In this document: positions 42,849 through 52,800 of the stretch, one piece after another
How positions within the stretch are numbered: position 1 is the stretch's first letter
Layout: every line of letters begins with the position of its first letter
DNA from: an uncultured Trueperaceae bacterium
GTDB lineage: Bacteria; Deinococcota; Deinococci; Deinococcales; Trueperaceae
Assembly (NCBI GenBank): GCA_963815215.1
Contig: CAWFFU010000003.1
Span: 992,001-1,056,000 of the forward strand
Direction of reading: 5' to 3'
DNA length: 64,000 bases
Program-made: the position numbers and the translations under genes
The notes under the pieces: model-generated
The model's database searches: none
What the model saw: the letters and a program-made list of their open reading frames with translations, nothing else
What the model was told of the DNA's origin: nothing

Positions 42849-43588
42849 CCGCCACCGCCACCACCGGCGCGCGACCGCGCGCGCTGGTCACGGGTGCCAG
42901 CCGAGGGCTGGGCTTCGCGCTCGCCGGCCTGCTGTCCGAGCTCGGCTACGACCTGGTGCTCACCGCCCGGGGCGCGACCGCGCTCGAGCTCGCCGCCGCG
43001 GGCCTCGGCGGCGGCGGCGCGGTGCACGCGCTCGCCGGCGACGTCACCGATGCCGGGCACCGCGCGCGCCTCGCCGAGCGCGTCGGCGAGCGCCTCGACC
43101 TCCTCGTCCACAACGCCTCATCGCTCGGGCCGAGCCCGCTGCCGGCATTGGCCGACGTCGACCTCGCGGCCGTCCGGGGCGTGCTGGAGACCAACGTCGT
43201 CGCCCCGCTGGCCCTCACCCAGGCGCTGCTGCCGGCGCTGGAGCGTGCCGGGGGAACGGTGGTGGCCGTCAGCTCCGACGCGGCGAACGGCGGCTACCCC
43301 GGCTGGGGGGTGTACGGCGCCAGCAAAGCGGCCCTCGAGCTGATGGCGAGGACCCTGGCTGCCGAGCTCGAGGGGGTGAACGTGGTGCGCGTCGACCCCG
43401 GCGACATGGCCACCGTCATGCACCAGCAGGCCTTCCCCGGCCAGGACATCAGCGACCGGCCGGCACCGGAGGCGACGCTGCCGTTCTGGGCGTGGTTGCT
43501 CGCCCAACGCTCCGAGGACCTCGACGGACGCCGCTTCGAAGCTCAGGCCGATGCCTGGACCCTGAGCGCAGAAGCGGGCGCTGCGTGA
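42845..43588 (+). CDS. SDR-family oxidoreductase
   Basis: TGASRGLG, HNASSLGPSP, YPGWGVYGASKAAL and VDPGDM.T.MH. Confidence 0.9.
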   Translation: MTATATTGARPRALVTGASRGLGFALAGLLSELGYDLVLTARGATALELAAAGLGGGGAVHALAGDVTDAGHRARLAERVGERLDLLVHNASSLGPSPLPALADVDLAAVRGVLETNVVAPLALTQALLPALERAGGTVVAVSSDAANGGYPGWGVYGASKAALELMARTLAAELEGVNVVRVDPGDMATVMHQQAFPGQDISDRPAPEATLPFWAWLLAQRSEDLDGRRFEAQADAWTLSAEAGAA

Positions 43589-44661
43589 GCGGCACCGCCC
43601 CCGGCGCCGACTTCGGCGTAGCGCGGCCGGTCGCAGCGCCCGCCACCTTGCCGGCGGAGTTGCGCGGCACCGGCCGCGACGCTGTGCGCCTGTTGGTCAC
43701 GGACCCACACCGCCATCGCCACCTGCGCTTCCGCGACCTCCCGCAGGCGCTCGCCCCGGGGGACCTGCTGGTGGTCAACGACAGCGCGACGCTGCCCGCC
43801 AGCGTGCCGGCCGAGGGACCCGTCGGCCGCTTCCGCGTGAGCCTGTCCACGCGCTACGGGCCGCTCCTGTGGGTCGCCGAACCGCGCCGCAGCCACGCCG
43901 AGCCGGGACCGCTCCCGCTCGCTGCCGGTGCGATCGCGACGGTCGGCCGCCGCCACCGCGTGCGGGTGCGTTTCGTCGCCCCCCACCCCGGGCTCCCGCG
44001 TCTATGGTTCGTCGCCGCCGACGCGCCCCTCGAGCCGGTCATGGCCGCCGACGGCGAGCCCATCCGCTACGCCTACCTCGAGCGGCCCCAGCCGCTGGAG
44101 GCCTACCAGAGCATCTTCGCCCGCGTGCCGGGGAGCGCGGAGATGCCGTCGGCGGCCCGCCCCTTCACCCATGCCACGCTCGCCGCCCTGCAGGCGCGCG
44201 GGGTAGGCGTGAGCGCACTCACCCTCCACACCGGGGTCAGCAGCCTCGAGCTCGAGCCGCGGCAGGCCGAGCGTACCGGGCTCTACGCCGAGCCCTTCGA
44301 GGTCGGCGCGGCGACCGCCGAGCGCATCGACGCCACACGGCGCGCCGGAGGCCGCGTCATCGCCGTGGGCACCACCGTGGTCCGGGCCCTGGAGACCGCC
44401 TTCGAAGGGGGCCGCGTGCGGCCGATGCGGGGCTTCACCCGGCGCTTCGTGCGCCCGGGCGCAGTGCGCGGCGCGGCGGACGGCCTGCTCACCGGCTTCC
44501 ACGAGCCCCGGAGCACCCACCTGGCGCTGCTCACGGCCCTCGCCGGCGAATCGCTGGTGCTCGACGCCTACCGTCAGGCACAGGCGCGGCCCTACCTGTG
44601 GCACGAGTTCGGGGACGTGCACCTGTGGCTGCCCGAGCGGGAGCCCGAGGCTGCACAATGA
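43585..44661 (+). CDS. QueA-like (SAM:tRNA ribosyltransferase-isomerase family) protein, non-canonical
   Basis: GDLLVVNDS, YQSIFA, LHTG, AVGTTVVRALE and GFHEPRSTHL. Carries SAEMPSAARPF and YLWHEFGD in place of canonical AAPTAGLHF and YRF.SYGD. Confidence 0.85.
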   Translation: MSGTAPGADFGVARPVAAPATLPAELRGTGRDAVRLLVTDPHRHRHLRFRDLPQALAPGDLLVVNDSATLPASVPAEGPVGRFRVSLSTRYGPLLWVAEPRRSHAEPGPLPLAAGAIATVGRRHRVRVRFVAPHPGLPRLWFVAADAPLEPVMAADGEPIRYAYLERPQPLEAYQSIFARVPGSAEMPSAARPFTHATLAALQARGVGVSALTLHTGVSSLELEPRQAERTGLYAEPFEVGAATAERIDATRRAGGRVIAVGTTVVRALETAFEGGRVRPMRGFTRRFVRPGAVRGAADGLLTGFHEPRSTHLALLTALAGESLVLDAYRQAQARPYLWHEFGDVHLWLPEREPEAAQ

Positions 44662-45572
44662 GGCTCGAGGAGGTCACGCATGCTCGGTCCTTGGAGTCCC
44701 CGGCCGTGGAGCCCCCGGCCGTGAGCGCCGCCACCACCTTCGCCTGCGCCACCTGCGGCACCCTGTACCCGGCTGGCGCGGTGCCGCCCGTTGCCTGCCC
44801 GATCTGCCAGGACGTGCGCCAGTACGTCCCGGAGGCGGGGCAGCGCTGGACCACCCCGGTGGAGCTGGCCTCCCGGCACCGCAACGTCATCGAGCGGCTC
44901 GAGCCAGGTCTCTACGCGATCCGCAGCGAGCCGCGCGTGGCCATCGGGCAGCGCGCGTTCCTGCTGCAGACGCCCGCGGGGAACGTATTGTGGGACTGCA
45001 TCACGGTCCTCGACCGAGCCACCGTGGAGGGGGTTCGGGCGCTCGGCGGGGTCGACGCCATCGCCATCAGCCATCCTCACTACTACAGCGGCCAGCGGCT
45101 CTGGTCCGAGGCCTTCGATGCACCGGTCTACCTCCACGGCGCCGATCGGGAATGGGTCGTCGACCCGCACCCGCGACTCAGGTTCTGGGAGAGCGAATCC
45201 AAGCACCTGCTGGAGGGGGTGACCCTGGTGCGTGCGGGCGGACACTTCCCCGGCGGCACGGTGCTGCATTGGGGTGCCGGTGCGGGTGGTGCCGGAGTGG
45301 TGCTATCGGGCGACATCCTGCAAGTCACCCCGGATCGCGGGGTGGTCGGCTTCATGTACTCGTTCCCCAACCACCTGCCCCTCCCCTCCTGGGAGGTGGA
45401 CGCGGTGGCCGACGCCGTCCTACCGCTGGCCTTCGACCGGATCTACGGCGCGTTCGAGGGCGGTCGCATCGGCCAGGGCGCGCGTGAGGCGGTGGAGCGC
45501 GGCCGCCGCCGCTACCTCGAGGCGCTCCGCGGCGCGTTGCCCGGCCTGCGCCCGCCGCCTCCGCGCGGCTGA
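44658..45572 (+). CDS. MBL-fold metallo-hydrolase with an N-terminal Zn-ribbon
   Basis: CATCG...CPICQD.RQY, IGQRA, SHPHYY, GGHFPG, GDIL and MYSFPN. Confidence 0.85.
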   Translation: MRLEEVTHARSLESPAVEPPAVSAATTFACATCGTLYPAGAVPPVACPICQDVRQYVPEAGQRWTTPVELASRHRNVIERLEPGLYAIRSEPRVAIGQRAFLLQTPAGNVLWDCITVLDRATVEGVRALGGVDAIAISHPHYYSGQRLWSEAFDAPVYLHGADREWVVDPHPRLRFWESESKHLLEGVTLVRAGGHFPGGTVLHWGAGAGGAGVVLSGDILQVTPDRGVVGFMYSFPNHLPLPSWEVDAVADAVLPLAFDRIYGAFEGGRIGQGAREAVERGRRRYLEALRGALPGLRPPPPRG

Positions 45573-45663
45573 GCGCACGCCGGCGGCGGCGTGCGACGGC
45601 AGCGCGCCGTCCCCGACCGGACGCCGGCGGGTCGCTCCACCGGACCGCACGCATACGACGGAA

Positions 45664-45697
45664 CGGCCCGGCCGCGCCCGTGGGCGCGGCCGGGCCG
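45664..45697. terminator. GC hairpin between convergent genes
   Basis: CGGCCCGGCCGCGCCC-gt-GGGCGCGGCCGGGCCG. Confidence 0.6.
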
Positions 45698-45722
45698 CAT
45701 GATCATGAAGGCGTCGCCCGAC

Positions 45723-46376
45723 TCAGGCGGGGGCCTGCGCCAGCTCGACGAGCTGGTCGTAGGCCGCCTGGGCCCGCGCGCGCAGCTTGGCGTTGTCCGC
45801 CTTGCCGGCCATCATGAGGTGCATGTTCATGTGCTGATCGACGTCGCCGAAGATGCTGTTGAGCGCCTCCACCTCGGCGCGCGAGCGCAGGGCGTCGTCG
45901 TCACGGAACATCTGCGTGTACATCGCTTCGAACTGGCGCTCGTCGATGACGCCCGTGAGGTACTGCTCGAGCATGTCGAGGTACGGCTTCAGGCTGGTGC
46001 CCGTGCTGCCGCTCTCGGCGGTGACCGGCGTTCCCTCGGGAACACGCTCGAAGCCCTCGGACAGGGCGTCCGGGGTGATGCCCCAGTTGTTGGCCTCGAA
46101 CACCGGGGTCCCGTCCTTGAACAGGATGACCTGGGGCGACTCGTGGCGGAGCCCCGTCCTCTGGGCCACCAGGTCGCTCGCGGGCCGCGCCTCCACCACG
46201 CGGATGACGCCGCACATCAGGTCCTCGCGGCCGGCCAGCCGGTCCTCGAGGAATCCGAACCCCTGCATCGTCTTGTGGCAGGTCCCCGCCTTGAAGAGGA
46301 CGCTCGATGGAAAGCGGCCGATGAACGCCTCCACGGCCTCTGGACTGGTGAGTAGGACAACACGGTCATTGAGCAT
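45723..46376 (-). CDS. Monothiol bacilliredoxin BrxC/YtxJ-family protein with a C-terminal extension (Deinococcus AbxC-like)
   Basis: FKAGTCHKT, RPASDLVA...HESPQVILF, and a helical C-terminal domain. AGGAGGAG RBS. Confidence 0.8.
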   Translation of the reverse strand: MLNDRVVLLTSPEAVEAFIGRFPSSVLFKAGTCHKTMQGFGFLEDRLAGREDLMCGVIRVVEARPASDLVAQRTGLRHESPQVILFKDGTPVFEANNWGITPDALSEGFERVPEGTPVTAESGSTGTSLKPYLDMLEQYLTGVIDERQFEAMYTQMFRDDDALRSRAEVEALNSIFGDVDQHMNMHLMMAGKADNAKLRARAQAAYDQLVELAQAPA

Positions 46377-46462
46377 ATTCGCTCCTCCTGCGCACCCTGA
46401 TTGTAGGTGAACGGGCCGCCGGGGCGATGTCGTGTTGCACACCCTTCCCGGCGACCCGTTCG

Positions 46463-46491
46463 TTGACCGGCGGCAGGACGCCTGATACACT
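46463..46491 (+). promoter_or_regulatory. tRNA promoter
   Basis: TTGACC, 17 bp, TACACT. Confidence 0.7.
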
Positions 46492-46512
46492 CATCGGTGC
46501 CACCGACGGGAC

Positions 46513-46605
46513 GGAGAGGTGTCCGAGTGGTTGAAGGAGCACGCCTGGAAAGCGTGTAGGTGGGCATTCCCTGCCTCGCGGGTTCGAATCCCGCCCTCTC
46601 CGCCA
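46513..46605 (+). tRNA. tRNA-Ser(GGA)
   Basis: GGAGAGG/CCTCTCC acceptor stem, CACGC-ctGGAaa-GCGTG anticodon arm, long variable arm, GGTTCGAATCC and encoded CCA. Confidence 0.97.
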
Positions 46606-46767
46606 ACTGCAAGGCGCGTGCGGCCGCCGAGCCCCGGTTCGGCGGCGCTGTCGTGGATGCCCGGGCGCGTTCCCTTCGCTCCCCGGCGCGACATCGGACG
46701 CGCCTCCGGGAGCGGGTCCCGGAGGCGCGCGTCGAGGACCTCGCAGGCCCTCGACCGAGTCGGCCGT

Positions 46768-47454
46768 TCAGGCCTGGGCCGCGGCTCCCTGGCTCACCTG
46801 CATGAGCGCTTCGGCGAAGGCGTGCTCGGGCTGCGCGCCCAACACGCGGGTCGCGTTGGCGCCGGTGACGATGGTGTCGGGCACGCCCGAGATGCGGTGC
46901 TGCTGGGACAGGGTGGGGAACTCGTTCGCTTCGATCCCCTCGGCGACGATGCGATCGTTCACCAGGGCGAAGCGGAAGGCGGTGAGCACCGCCCGCGGGC
47001 AGTAGGGGCAGGTCGGCGTGACGAACGTCTGCAGGCTGATGGCGTCGTCGATCCCCTTGATGCTCTCCAGCGTGGGCGTGAGCTCCGGTTCTTCGCCACC
47101 GAGCATCAGCAGCGTCTCGAGCAGGGTGGTGAACTCGTAGCCGCTGGGGATCCCCAGGAAGCGCATGTTGCTGCGCGTGGTGCCTTTGCGTCGGAACAGC
47201 GTCGTGGGCGCGCGCGTGATGCCGAGCGCCTTGGCTTCGTCGTCCGCGGCCAAGCTGCGCTCGACGACCTCGACGTGGTCGTTGAGCTCGGCGACTTCCT
47301 TGAGCAACTGGATCGTGGCGTCCTGCTCTCCGACCGGATCTTGCCCGGGCACGACGACCTGACCGCCCTTGTAGACGATCATCTCCACGTCGTTCTGAAG
47401 GGCGCTCAGCGCGTCCCGGACCTGGCCCCGGATGTCATCATCGAGAAAAGCCAT
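46768..47454 (-). CDS. Protein-disulfide oxidoreductase (two thioredoxin folds, AhpF-NTD/PDO-like)
   Basis: FLGIPSGYEF..L, FVTPTCPYCP and VPDT. The N-terminal CxxC is missing. Confidence 0.85.
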   Translation of the reverse strand: MAFLDDDIRGQVRDALSALQNDVEMIVYKGGQVVVPGQDPVGEQDATIQLLKEVAELNDHVEVVERSLAADDEAKALGITRAPTTLFRRKGTTRSNMRFLGIPSGYEFTTLLETLLMLGGEEPELTPTLESIKGIDDAISLQTFVTPTCPYCPRAVLTAFRFALVNDRIVAEGIEANEFPTLSQQHRISGVPDTIVTGANATRVLGAQPEHAFAEALMQVSQGAAAQA

Positions 47455-47498
47455 GATTGGCTCCCTTCCATCCAAACTAACCTCTGCTACGCTACCAC

Positions 47499-47515
47499 AT
47501 ACCCCTGGTGGGTAT
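47499..47515. promoter_or_regulatory. CsoR/CstR-type operator upstream of the PDO gene
   Basis: ATACCC-ctggt-GGGTAT palindrome next to a minus-strand TAGCGT -10. Confidence 0.6.
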
Positions 47516-47641
47516 CCAGTGACGGGCGACAGCGCCGGTCTCACCCTCGTCATGGATGTCCTAGGGTGGTCTCACGCCCCTCGGCTAGGCTGAACGCGTC
47601 GGAACGAGCGCTGACGCCGGCGCCGGAGAGGAGCCGTTCTC

Positions 47642-47860
47642 ATGGGTCCACGCGAGCGTGTCTGGATACGCGACGATCGCGGCGTTCACGCCACTGCCGC
47701 CGTACCACCGGCCGCCTGGAGCGGCGAGCGCGGATGCATCGTGGGGCCGTTCAGCAATGCCCAGTGCGCCCGCGCCTTCCTGTTCCTGCGTCAGCGAGGC
47801 CGCGGCGGAGTCCGCATCTTCCCCGCCGGTACCGCCTTCTACGTCGAGATGCTGCCGTGA
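47642..47860 (+). CDS. Small hypothetical protein
   Basis: GAGAGGAG RBS and a globular-looking sequence (CIVGPFS..A..F). Confidence 0.45.
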   Translation: MGPRERVWIRDDRGVHATAAVPPAAWSGERGCIVGPFSNAQCARAFLFLRQRGRGGVRIFPAGTAFYVEMLP

Positions 47861-47936
47861 GGTCCTCGGCCGACCCGGCGTCGCCCACGCGGATTTGTCC
47901 ACGCCCGCGCCGCGGGGTGGGTGGTAAGCTGCGCCC

Positions 47937-48752
47937 GTGCCGGATCTCGCCAACCAGCCGCTCGGCGTCTTCGACTCCGGCGTCGGTGGCCTCACGGTCC
48001 TAGGCGCCCTGCAACGGGCGCTCCCGAACGAATCCCTGCTCTACCTGGGTGATACCGCCCGCGTTCCCTACGGCTCCAAGCCGCTCGACATGGTGCGCGG
48101 CTTCGCGCGGCAGATCAGCCACGAGCTGCTCCGCCGCGGCGTCAAGGGCATCGTGGTCGCGTGCAACACGGCCTCGGCGGCCAGTCTCCCGCAGCTCGCC
48201 GACGAGTTGCCCGTTCCGGTATGGGGTGTGGTGGACCCCGGTGTCGAGGCCGCCCTGGCGGCGACGCGCTCGGGCCGCGTGGGGGTCCTCGGCACGGTAG
48301 GCACCATCGCGGCCCGCGTCTACCAGGACCGTCTGGAGGCCGCCGGAGCGCTCACCTGGGGCAAGGCCTGCCCGCTGTTCGTGCCGATCGTGGAGGAGGG
48401 GATCTCCGACTCCGCCATAGCGACCCTGGTAGCCGAGCACTACCTGTCGGAGCGTCCGGCCCTGGACACAGTCATCCTGGCCTGCACCCACTACCCCGCC
48501 CTTCGCGCCACCCTGCAGTCGGTGCTCGGCGACGACGTAGCGCTGGTCGACTCGGCCGCATCGACCGCCGCGGTGGTGGCGCGCGATCTCGCCAGGGCCG
48601 GACTGGCTGCCCCGGCCGGCATCGACGGCGAGGTCCGCCACCTCGTCACCGGCGACGTCGACGCGTACGTACACACCGCTCGCGTCCTGGGCGGCCCCAT
48701 GGGCCCCGCCGAACGTGTCGTCCTCGATGCGCTCGAGCCCACTCCCGGCTGA
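47937..48752 (+). CDS. murI: Glutamate racemase
   Basis: FDSGVGGLTV, ACNTAS and LACTHYP. Confidence 0.95.
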   Translation: MPDLANQPLGVFDSGVGGLTVLGALQRALPNESLLYLGDTARVPYGSKPLDMVRGFARQISHELLRRGVKGIVVACNTASAASLPQLADELPVPVWGVVDPGVEAALAATRSGRVGVLGTVGTIAARVYQDRLEAAGALTWGKACPLFVPIVEEGISDSAIATLVAEHYLSERPALDTVILACTHYPALRATLQSVLGDDVALVDSAASTAAVVARDLARAGLAAPAGIDGEVRHLVTGDVDAYVHTARVLGGPMGPAERVVLDALEPTPG

Positions 48753-48764
48753 GGAAGCGACCCC

Positions 48765-49475
48765 ATGCGCAGCGACCGACGCCCCGACGAACTCCGGCCC
48801 ATCACCGTCACCCCCGGCTACAACCGCTACGCCGAGGGCTCGGCGCTGGTCGAGTGGGGCGGGACGGTCGTGCTGGCCACCGTCACGCTCGACAACAGGC
48901 TGCCCCCGCACCTGCGCGGGCAGCGGGCCAAGAACGGCTGGCTCACGGCCGAATACGCGTTGCTGCCCCGCAGCACTCAGGAGCGAAGCCAGCGCGAGCG
49001 GCTCTATGCGGGCGGCCGCACCCAGGAGATCCAACGCCTCATCGGGCGCGCGCTGCGCAGCGTGGTCGCGCTGGAGATGTTCCGCAACCGGACGCTCATC
49101 ATCGATGTCGACGTGTTGCAGGCCGATGGAGGCACGCGCTGTGCAGGCATCACGGCGGGCTACGCTGCACTGCACCACGCGGCCAGTCGCCTGGTGTTCG
49201 ACGGTACGCTCTCCGAGTGGCCCCTCAAGTACGAGCTCGCCGCCGTGAGCGTGGGGCTCGTCGACGGCGCGACGCTCGTCGACCTCCAGTACAGTGAGGA
49301 CGTGCAGGCCGAGGTCGATCTCAACGTCATCGCGACGCGCGAGGGGGACGTGGTAGAGGTGCAGGGCGGTGGCGAGGACCGTCCGATCCCCGCCGAGACC
49401 TACGTCACCCTCGTCGCCAACGGCGTAACGGCGGTGCAGCGCGTGATCGACATCATGAGGCCGCAGCTCTCGTGA
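48765..49475 (+). CDS. rph: Ribonuclease PH
   Basis: AEGSAL, GWLTAEYALLPRST, GRTQEIQRLIGRALR and QADGGTR. Confidence 0.95.
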   Translation: MRSDRRPDELRPITVTPGYNRYAEGSALVEWGGTVVLATVTLDNRLPPHLRGQRAKNGWLTAEYALLPRSTQERSQRERLYAGGRTQEIQRLIGRALRSVVALEMFRNRTLIIDVDVLQADGGTRCAGITAGYAALHHAASRLVFDGTLSEWPLKYELAAVSVGLVDGATLVDLQYSEDVQAEVDLNVIATREGDVVEVQGGGEDRPIPAETYVTLVANGVTAVQRVIDIMRPQLS

Positions 49476-50116
49476 GCCGCCTGCGCATCGTTATCGCCAC
49501 CGGCAACGCCGGCAAGCTGCGCGAGTTCCGGCGCGCCCTCGCGCGCCTCGATGTGGTGCTGGTCTCCGCCCAGGATGCCGGCGTCCGCCGCTTCCCCGAC
49601 GAAACGGGAGCGAGCTACGAGGAGAACGCCCTGCTGAAGGCTGGCTACGCCGCCCTGCAGAGCGGGCTGCCAGCCCTGGCCGACGATTCCGGCCTGGAAG
49701 TCGACGTGCTCGACGGAGCCCCCGGAGTGTACTCCGCCCGCTTCGGCGGCAAGCTGCGCGACGGCGAGCGCATCGCCTACCTGCTCGAGAAGATGCGCGA
49801 CGTGCCCCGGGGAGCGCGCGGCGCCAGCTTCGTGAGCACGGTGGTGCTGGCGACGCCCGGCGGAGAGGTGAAGAGCTTCGTCGGGGAGTGCCGCGGCGAG
49901 ATCCTGGAGGGTCCGCACGGCGAGGGCGGCTTCGGCTACGACCCGGTGTTCTTCAGTCCCGAGCTCGGCAAGACCTTCGCCGAGTCCGACGCCGACGCCA
50001 AAGGCCGGGTAAGCCACCGAGGGCGTGCGCTGCAACGCTTCCTGGAGTGGGCCCTCACGCCCGTCGGCAAGCGCACCATGCAGGAGACCTCCCCGCGGCG
50101 CGACTCCAAACTCTGA
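49472..50116 (+). CDS. rdgB: Non-canonical purine NTP pyrophosphatase
   Basis: ATGNAGKLRE, ADDSGL, PGVYSARF, GFGYDPVF and SHRG. Confidence 0.95.
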   Translation: MSRLRIVIATGNAGKLREFRRALARLDVVLVSAQDAGVRRFPDETGASYEENALLKAGYAALQSGLPALADDSGLEVDVLDGAPGVYSARFGGKLRDGERIAYLLEKMRDVPRGARGASFVSTVVLATPGGEVKSFVGECRGEILEGPHGEGGFGYDPVFFSPELGKTFAESDADAKGRVSHRGRALQRFLEWALTPVGKRTMQETSPRRDSKL

Positions 50117-50130
50117 GCTGCGCGCTCGGC

Positions 50131-50889
50131 TCACCAGTCCGTCGGCGGCGTGTCCCTCACCGTGTCGGCGGCATGCCTCAGGTCGGCAGCGAAGCGTTCC
50201 TCCCAGCCCGCCAGCGTCGTCGACGTGACCTGCTCAAGGGTCTGCTCGCCGTCGAGCTCCGCATGGGCGGCGAGGCGTGCCCGCCACTGCCGCACCCAGT
50301 CCGGGTGGTAGCGCGTCAGTGTCTGGCCGCGCAGTAGGCATTGAGCGGTGGCGACCACGCGCTGACGCGGGTTGAGCCGTCCCATGTCCCGCAACAGCGG
50401 CTCCGCGAACGGCTTGCGCCAACGGAACAGCGCCACCTGTTCGGCGACCGCTTCGATCCAGGCGCCCCGGTCGTCCCACATGTGTCGCAGCGGTAACAGC
50501 GCGGCGTCCAGCAACCAGTCGGGGTGACGCGGGCCGGCCCCCGGGAAGGCATCCTCACGGGTCGCCCGGTAGAACAGGATGCGACCGAGCTCGTAACTCA
50601 GCGCACCGGCCGCGCGCGGCGAGCGCTCGTCGAAGCCGCGCAACGCATGTCGGAGCGTTCCCGTTACGGGATTGGCGCCGCTCGCCCGCGGTTTCTCGAG
50701 CAGCTCGAGCCGGACCGGGCCCCGCCAGGTCGTGCCCAGGTAACGCGCCACAACCGGCCGGAGGACCTCGACGAGCGCGGCCGCCGCCTCCGCGCGCACC
50801 TCCTCGCCGCGCGGGTAGCGGAGGTCGATGTCGGCGTGCCGGCCCTCGGCGACGCCGTCCAGCCGAAGCGGTTGCGGTGCGGGGTCCAT
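50131..50889 (-). CDS. Hypothetical protein
   Basis: GGAGGGG RBS, downstream of glpX. No family recognised. Confidence 0.6.
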   Translation of the reverse strand: MDPAPQPLRLDGVAEGRHADIDLRYPRGEEVRAEAAAALVEVLRPVVARYLGTTWRGPVRLELLEKPRASGANPVTGTLRHALRGFDERSPRAAGALSYELGRILFYRATREDAFPGAGPRHPDWLLDAALLPLRHMWDDRGAWIEAVAEQVALFRWRKPFAEPLLRDMGRLNPRQRVVATAQCLLRGQTLTRYHPDWVRQWRARLAAHAELDGEQTLEQVTSTTLAGWEERFAADLRHAADTVRDTPPTDW

Positions 50890-50914
50890 GCCGTGTCCCC
50901 TCCGGGGAAGGCCC

Positions 50915-51955
50915 TCAGACCTGGATGGTGACGCGCGCGCCGTCACCCAGGAGGTGCACGGCGTCGCTGAAGCGGATGACACGCGACTGCAGGCCCATGG
51001 TCACGCTCTGGGTCCGGGCGCCGTTCTTGAAGAACTTGACGCCCCGCAAAAGGTCACCGTCGGTGATGCCCGTTGCGCTGAAGACGATGGTCTCGCCCGG
51101 CGCCAGGTCGTTGGTGCGGTAGACCTTGTCCACCGAGGCCCCCATGGCCTCGAGACGGGCCTTCTCGTCGTCGTTGCGGGGCCGGAAGCGGCCCTGGATC
51201 TCACCGCCCAGGCACTTCAGGGCGGCGGCCGCCAGCACGCCCTCGGGCGCACCGCCCGTCCCCATCACCGCGTGCACGCCGGTGCCCCGCACGGCTGCCG
51301 ACAGTGCGGCGATGACGTCGCCGTCACCGATCAGCTTCACGCGGGCACCGGCATCCCGGACCTCCTGGATGAGCTCGGCGTGACGGGGCCGGTCGAGGAT
51401 GACCACGGTCAGGTCGTCCACGGCGCGGTCGAGCGACAGCGCCACCGAGCGCAGATTCGCGGCCACCGGCCACAACAGGTCGACCGTGCCTGCGGCCGGC
51501 GGACCCACCACCAGCTTCTGCATGTAGGTGTCGGGGGCGTGGAACAGCCCGCCGCGCTCGGCCAGCGCGATCACCGCCACCGAGTTGGCGACCATGCGGG
51601 CGGTGATGTTCGTGCCCTCCACCGGGTCCACCGCGATGTCCACCCGCCAGGTACCTTCGCCGGCGCGGCCGAGCCGCTCCCCGATGAACAGCATGGGAGC
51701 TTCGTCGCGCTCGCCCTCGCCGATGACGATCTCTCCGTCGATGTCGAGCTCGTTGAGTACCCGCCGCATCGCGTCGGTGCCGGCCTGGTCGACCAGATCG
51801 GCGTCACCCTTGCCCGCCACACGGCTGGCGGCGATGGCCGCCTGTTCAGTCACGCGGACGGTGTCGAGCACCAGCGCGCGTTCCATGTCGACACTGCTAC
51901 TCACGGCCGCAGGGCGCTTCGCCCGCGGCCCCACCGTCTTCTTCGAGGACGCCAT
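50915..51955 (-). CDS. glpX: Class II fructose-1,6-bisphosphatase
   Basis: [29 protein letters not shown] and ATGITDG. Confidence 0.95.
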   Translation of the reverse strand: MASSKKTVGPRAKRPAAVSSSVDMERALVLDTVRVTEQAAIAASRVAGKGDADLVDQAGTDAMRRVLNELDIDGEIVIGEGERDEAPMLFIGERLGRAGEGTWRVDIAVDPVEGTNITARMVANSVAVIALAERGGLFHAPDTYMQKLVVGPPAAGTVDLLWPVAANLRSVALSLDRAVDDLTVVILDRPRHAELIQEVRDAGARVKLIGDGDVIAALSAAVRGTGVHAVMGTGGAPEGVLAAAALKCLGGEIQGRFRPRNDDEKARLEAMGASVDKVYRTNDLAPGETIVFSATGITDGDLLRGVKFFKNGARTQSVTMGLQSRVIRFSDAVHLLGDGARVTIQV

Positions 51956-52060
51956 GCCTTGCATTGTGTCAGCCGGGGGGTGTCCTTGTCACCTGGGCCG
52001 GAACGAGCACCGCTGCCCGTCGACGCCGGACCGGCCCCCTCGCGCGCTGCGATGCCGGCT

Positions 52061-52759
52061 TCAGGAGCGCAGCGACGCGTCGCTGTGGCGCCGGGCGAGC
52101 TCGGCGGCGACGTCGTCCAGGGTCACGCCGCGTTCGCTCAGCAACACCGTCAGGTGGAACAGCAGGTCGGCCGCCTCGGCGACCAGCTCTTCGTTCCTGT
52201 GCTCGAGCGCCGCGACGATGCTCTCGCCCGCCTCCTCCACCACCTTCTGCGCCACGTACCCGAGTCCGCGCTCGTGCAAGCGCCGCACGTAGCTCCCTTC
52301 GGGAAGGTCGCGCAGGCGCTCGTTCACTACGCGCTGCAGGAGCGGAAGCACGGAGCCCAGGGAGGTCGCGGGCGCGGCGCTGGGCGCGCCGCTGACGGGC
52401 TCGCTGGCCGCGTCGGCCGGCGCCGTCGCGGAGGCATCGGCCGCACCGGCGATCCGGTAGAAGCAGCTACGATTCCCCGTGTGGCAGGCCGGCCCGGTCT
52501 GCTCCACCCGGTAGAGCAGGGCGTCCTCGTCACAGTCGTAGCGCACCTCGACCACGTGCTGCACGTGCCCGCTGGTCTCCCCCTTGCGCCACATCGTGCC
52601 GCGGGAGCGGCTGTGGTAGTGCGCCTGACGGGTCGCTAGGGTGGCCTCGACGGCCTCGGAGTCGGCATAGGCGAGCATCAACACCTCGCCGGATGCGGCG
52701 TCCTGCGCGATGACCGGCAGCAGGCCGTCGTCGTCGAAGCGAAGGGGTGGAAGCGTCAT
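52061..52759 (-). CDS. hisIE: Bifunctional phosphoribosyl-AMP cyclohydrolase / phosphoribosyl-ATP pyrophosphatase
   Basis: [35 protein letters not shown] and EAADLLFH. Confidence 0.93.
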   Translation of the reverse strand: MTLPPLRFDDDGLLPVIAQDAASGEVLMLAYADSEAVEATLATRQAHYHSRSRGTMWRKGETSGHVQHVVEVRYDCDEDALLYRVEQTGPACHTGNRSCFYRIAGAADASATAPADAASEPVSGAPSAAPATSLGSVLPLLQRVVNERLRDLPEGSYVRRLHERGLGYVAQKVVEEAGESIVAALEHRNEELVAEAADLLFHLTVLLSERGVTLDDVAAELARRHSDASLRS

Positions 52760-52800
52760 GCCGACCAGTCTAAGGCGTGGCGTCGCGCGATCCCGTCGGC

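Noticed and set aside
42028..43584. N-terminal extension of the 877-aa ORF as a QueA fusion; likewise the extensions on glgX and 52801-55239
   Set aside because: The extensions are Arg/Pro-rich alternative frames overlapping other genes. The true starts are at 43585, 27527 and 53937.
46605..46770. Integrative element at tRNA-Ser
   Set aside because: No integrase and no duplicated tRNA 3' end seen, and the flanks are housekeeping genes.
50131..50889. Zincin peptidase call
   Set aside because: The candidate motif reads YELGR, not HExxH.
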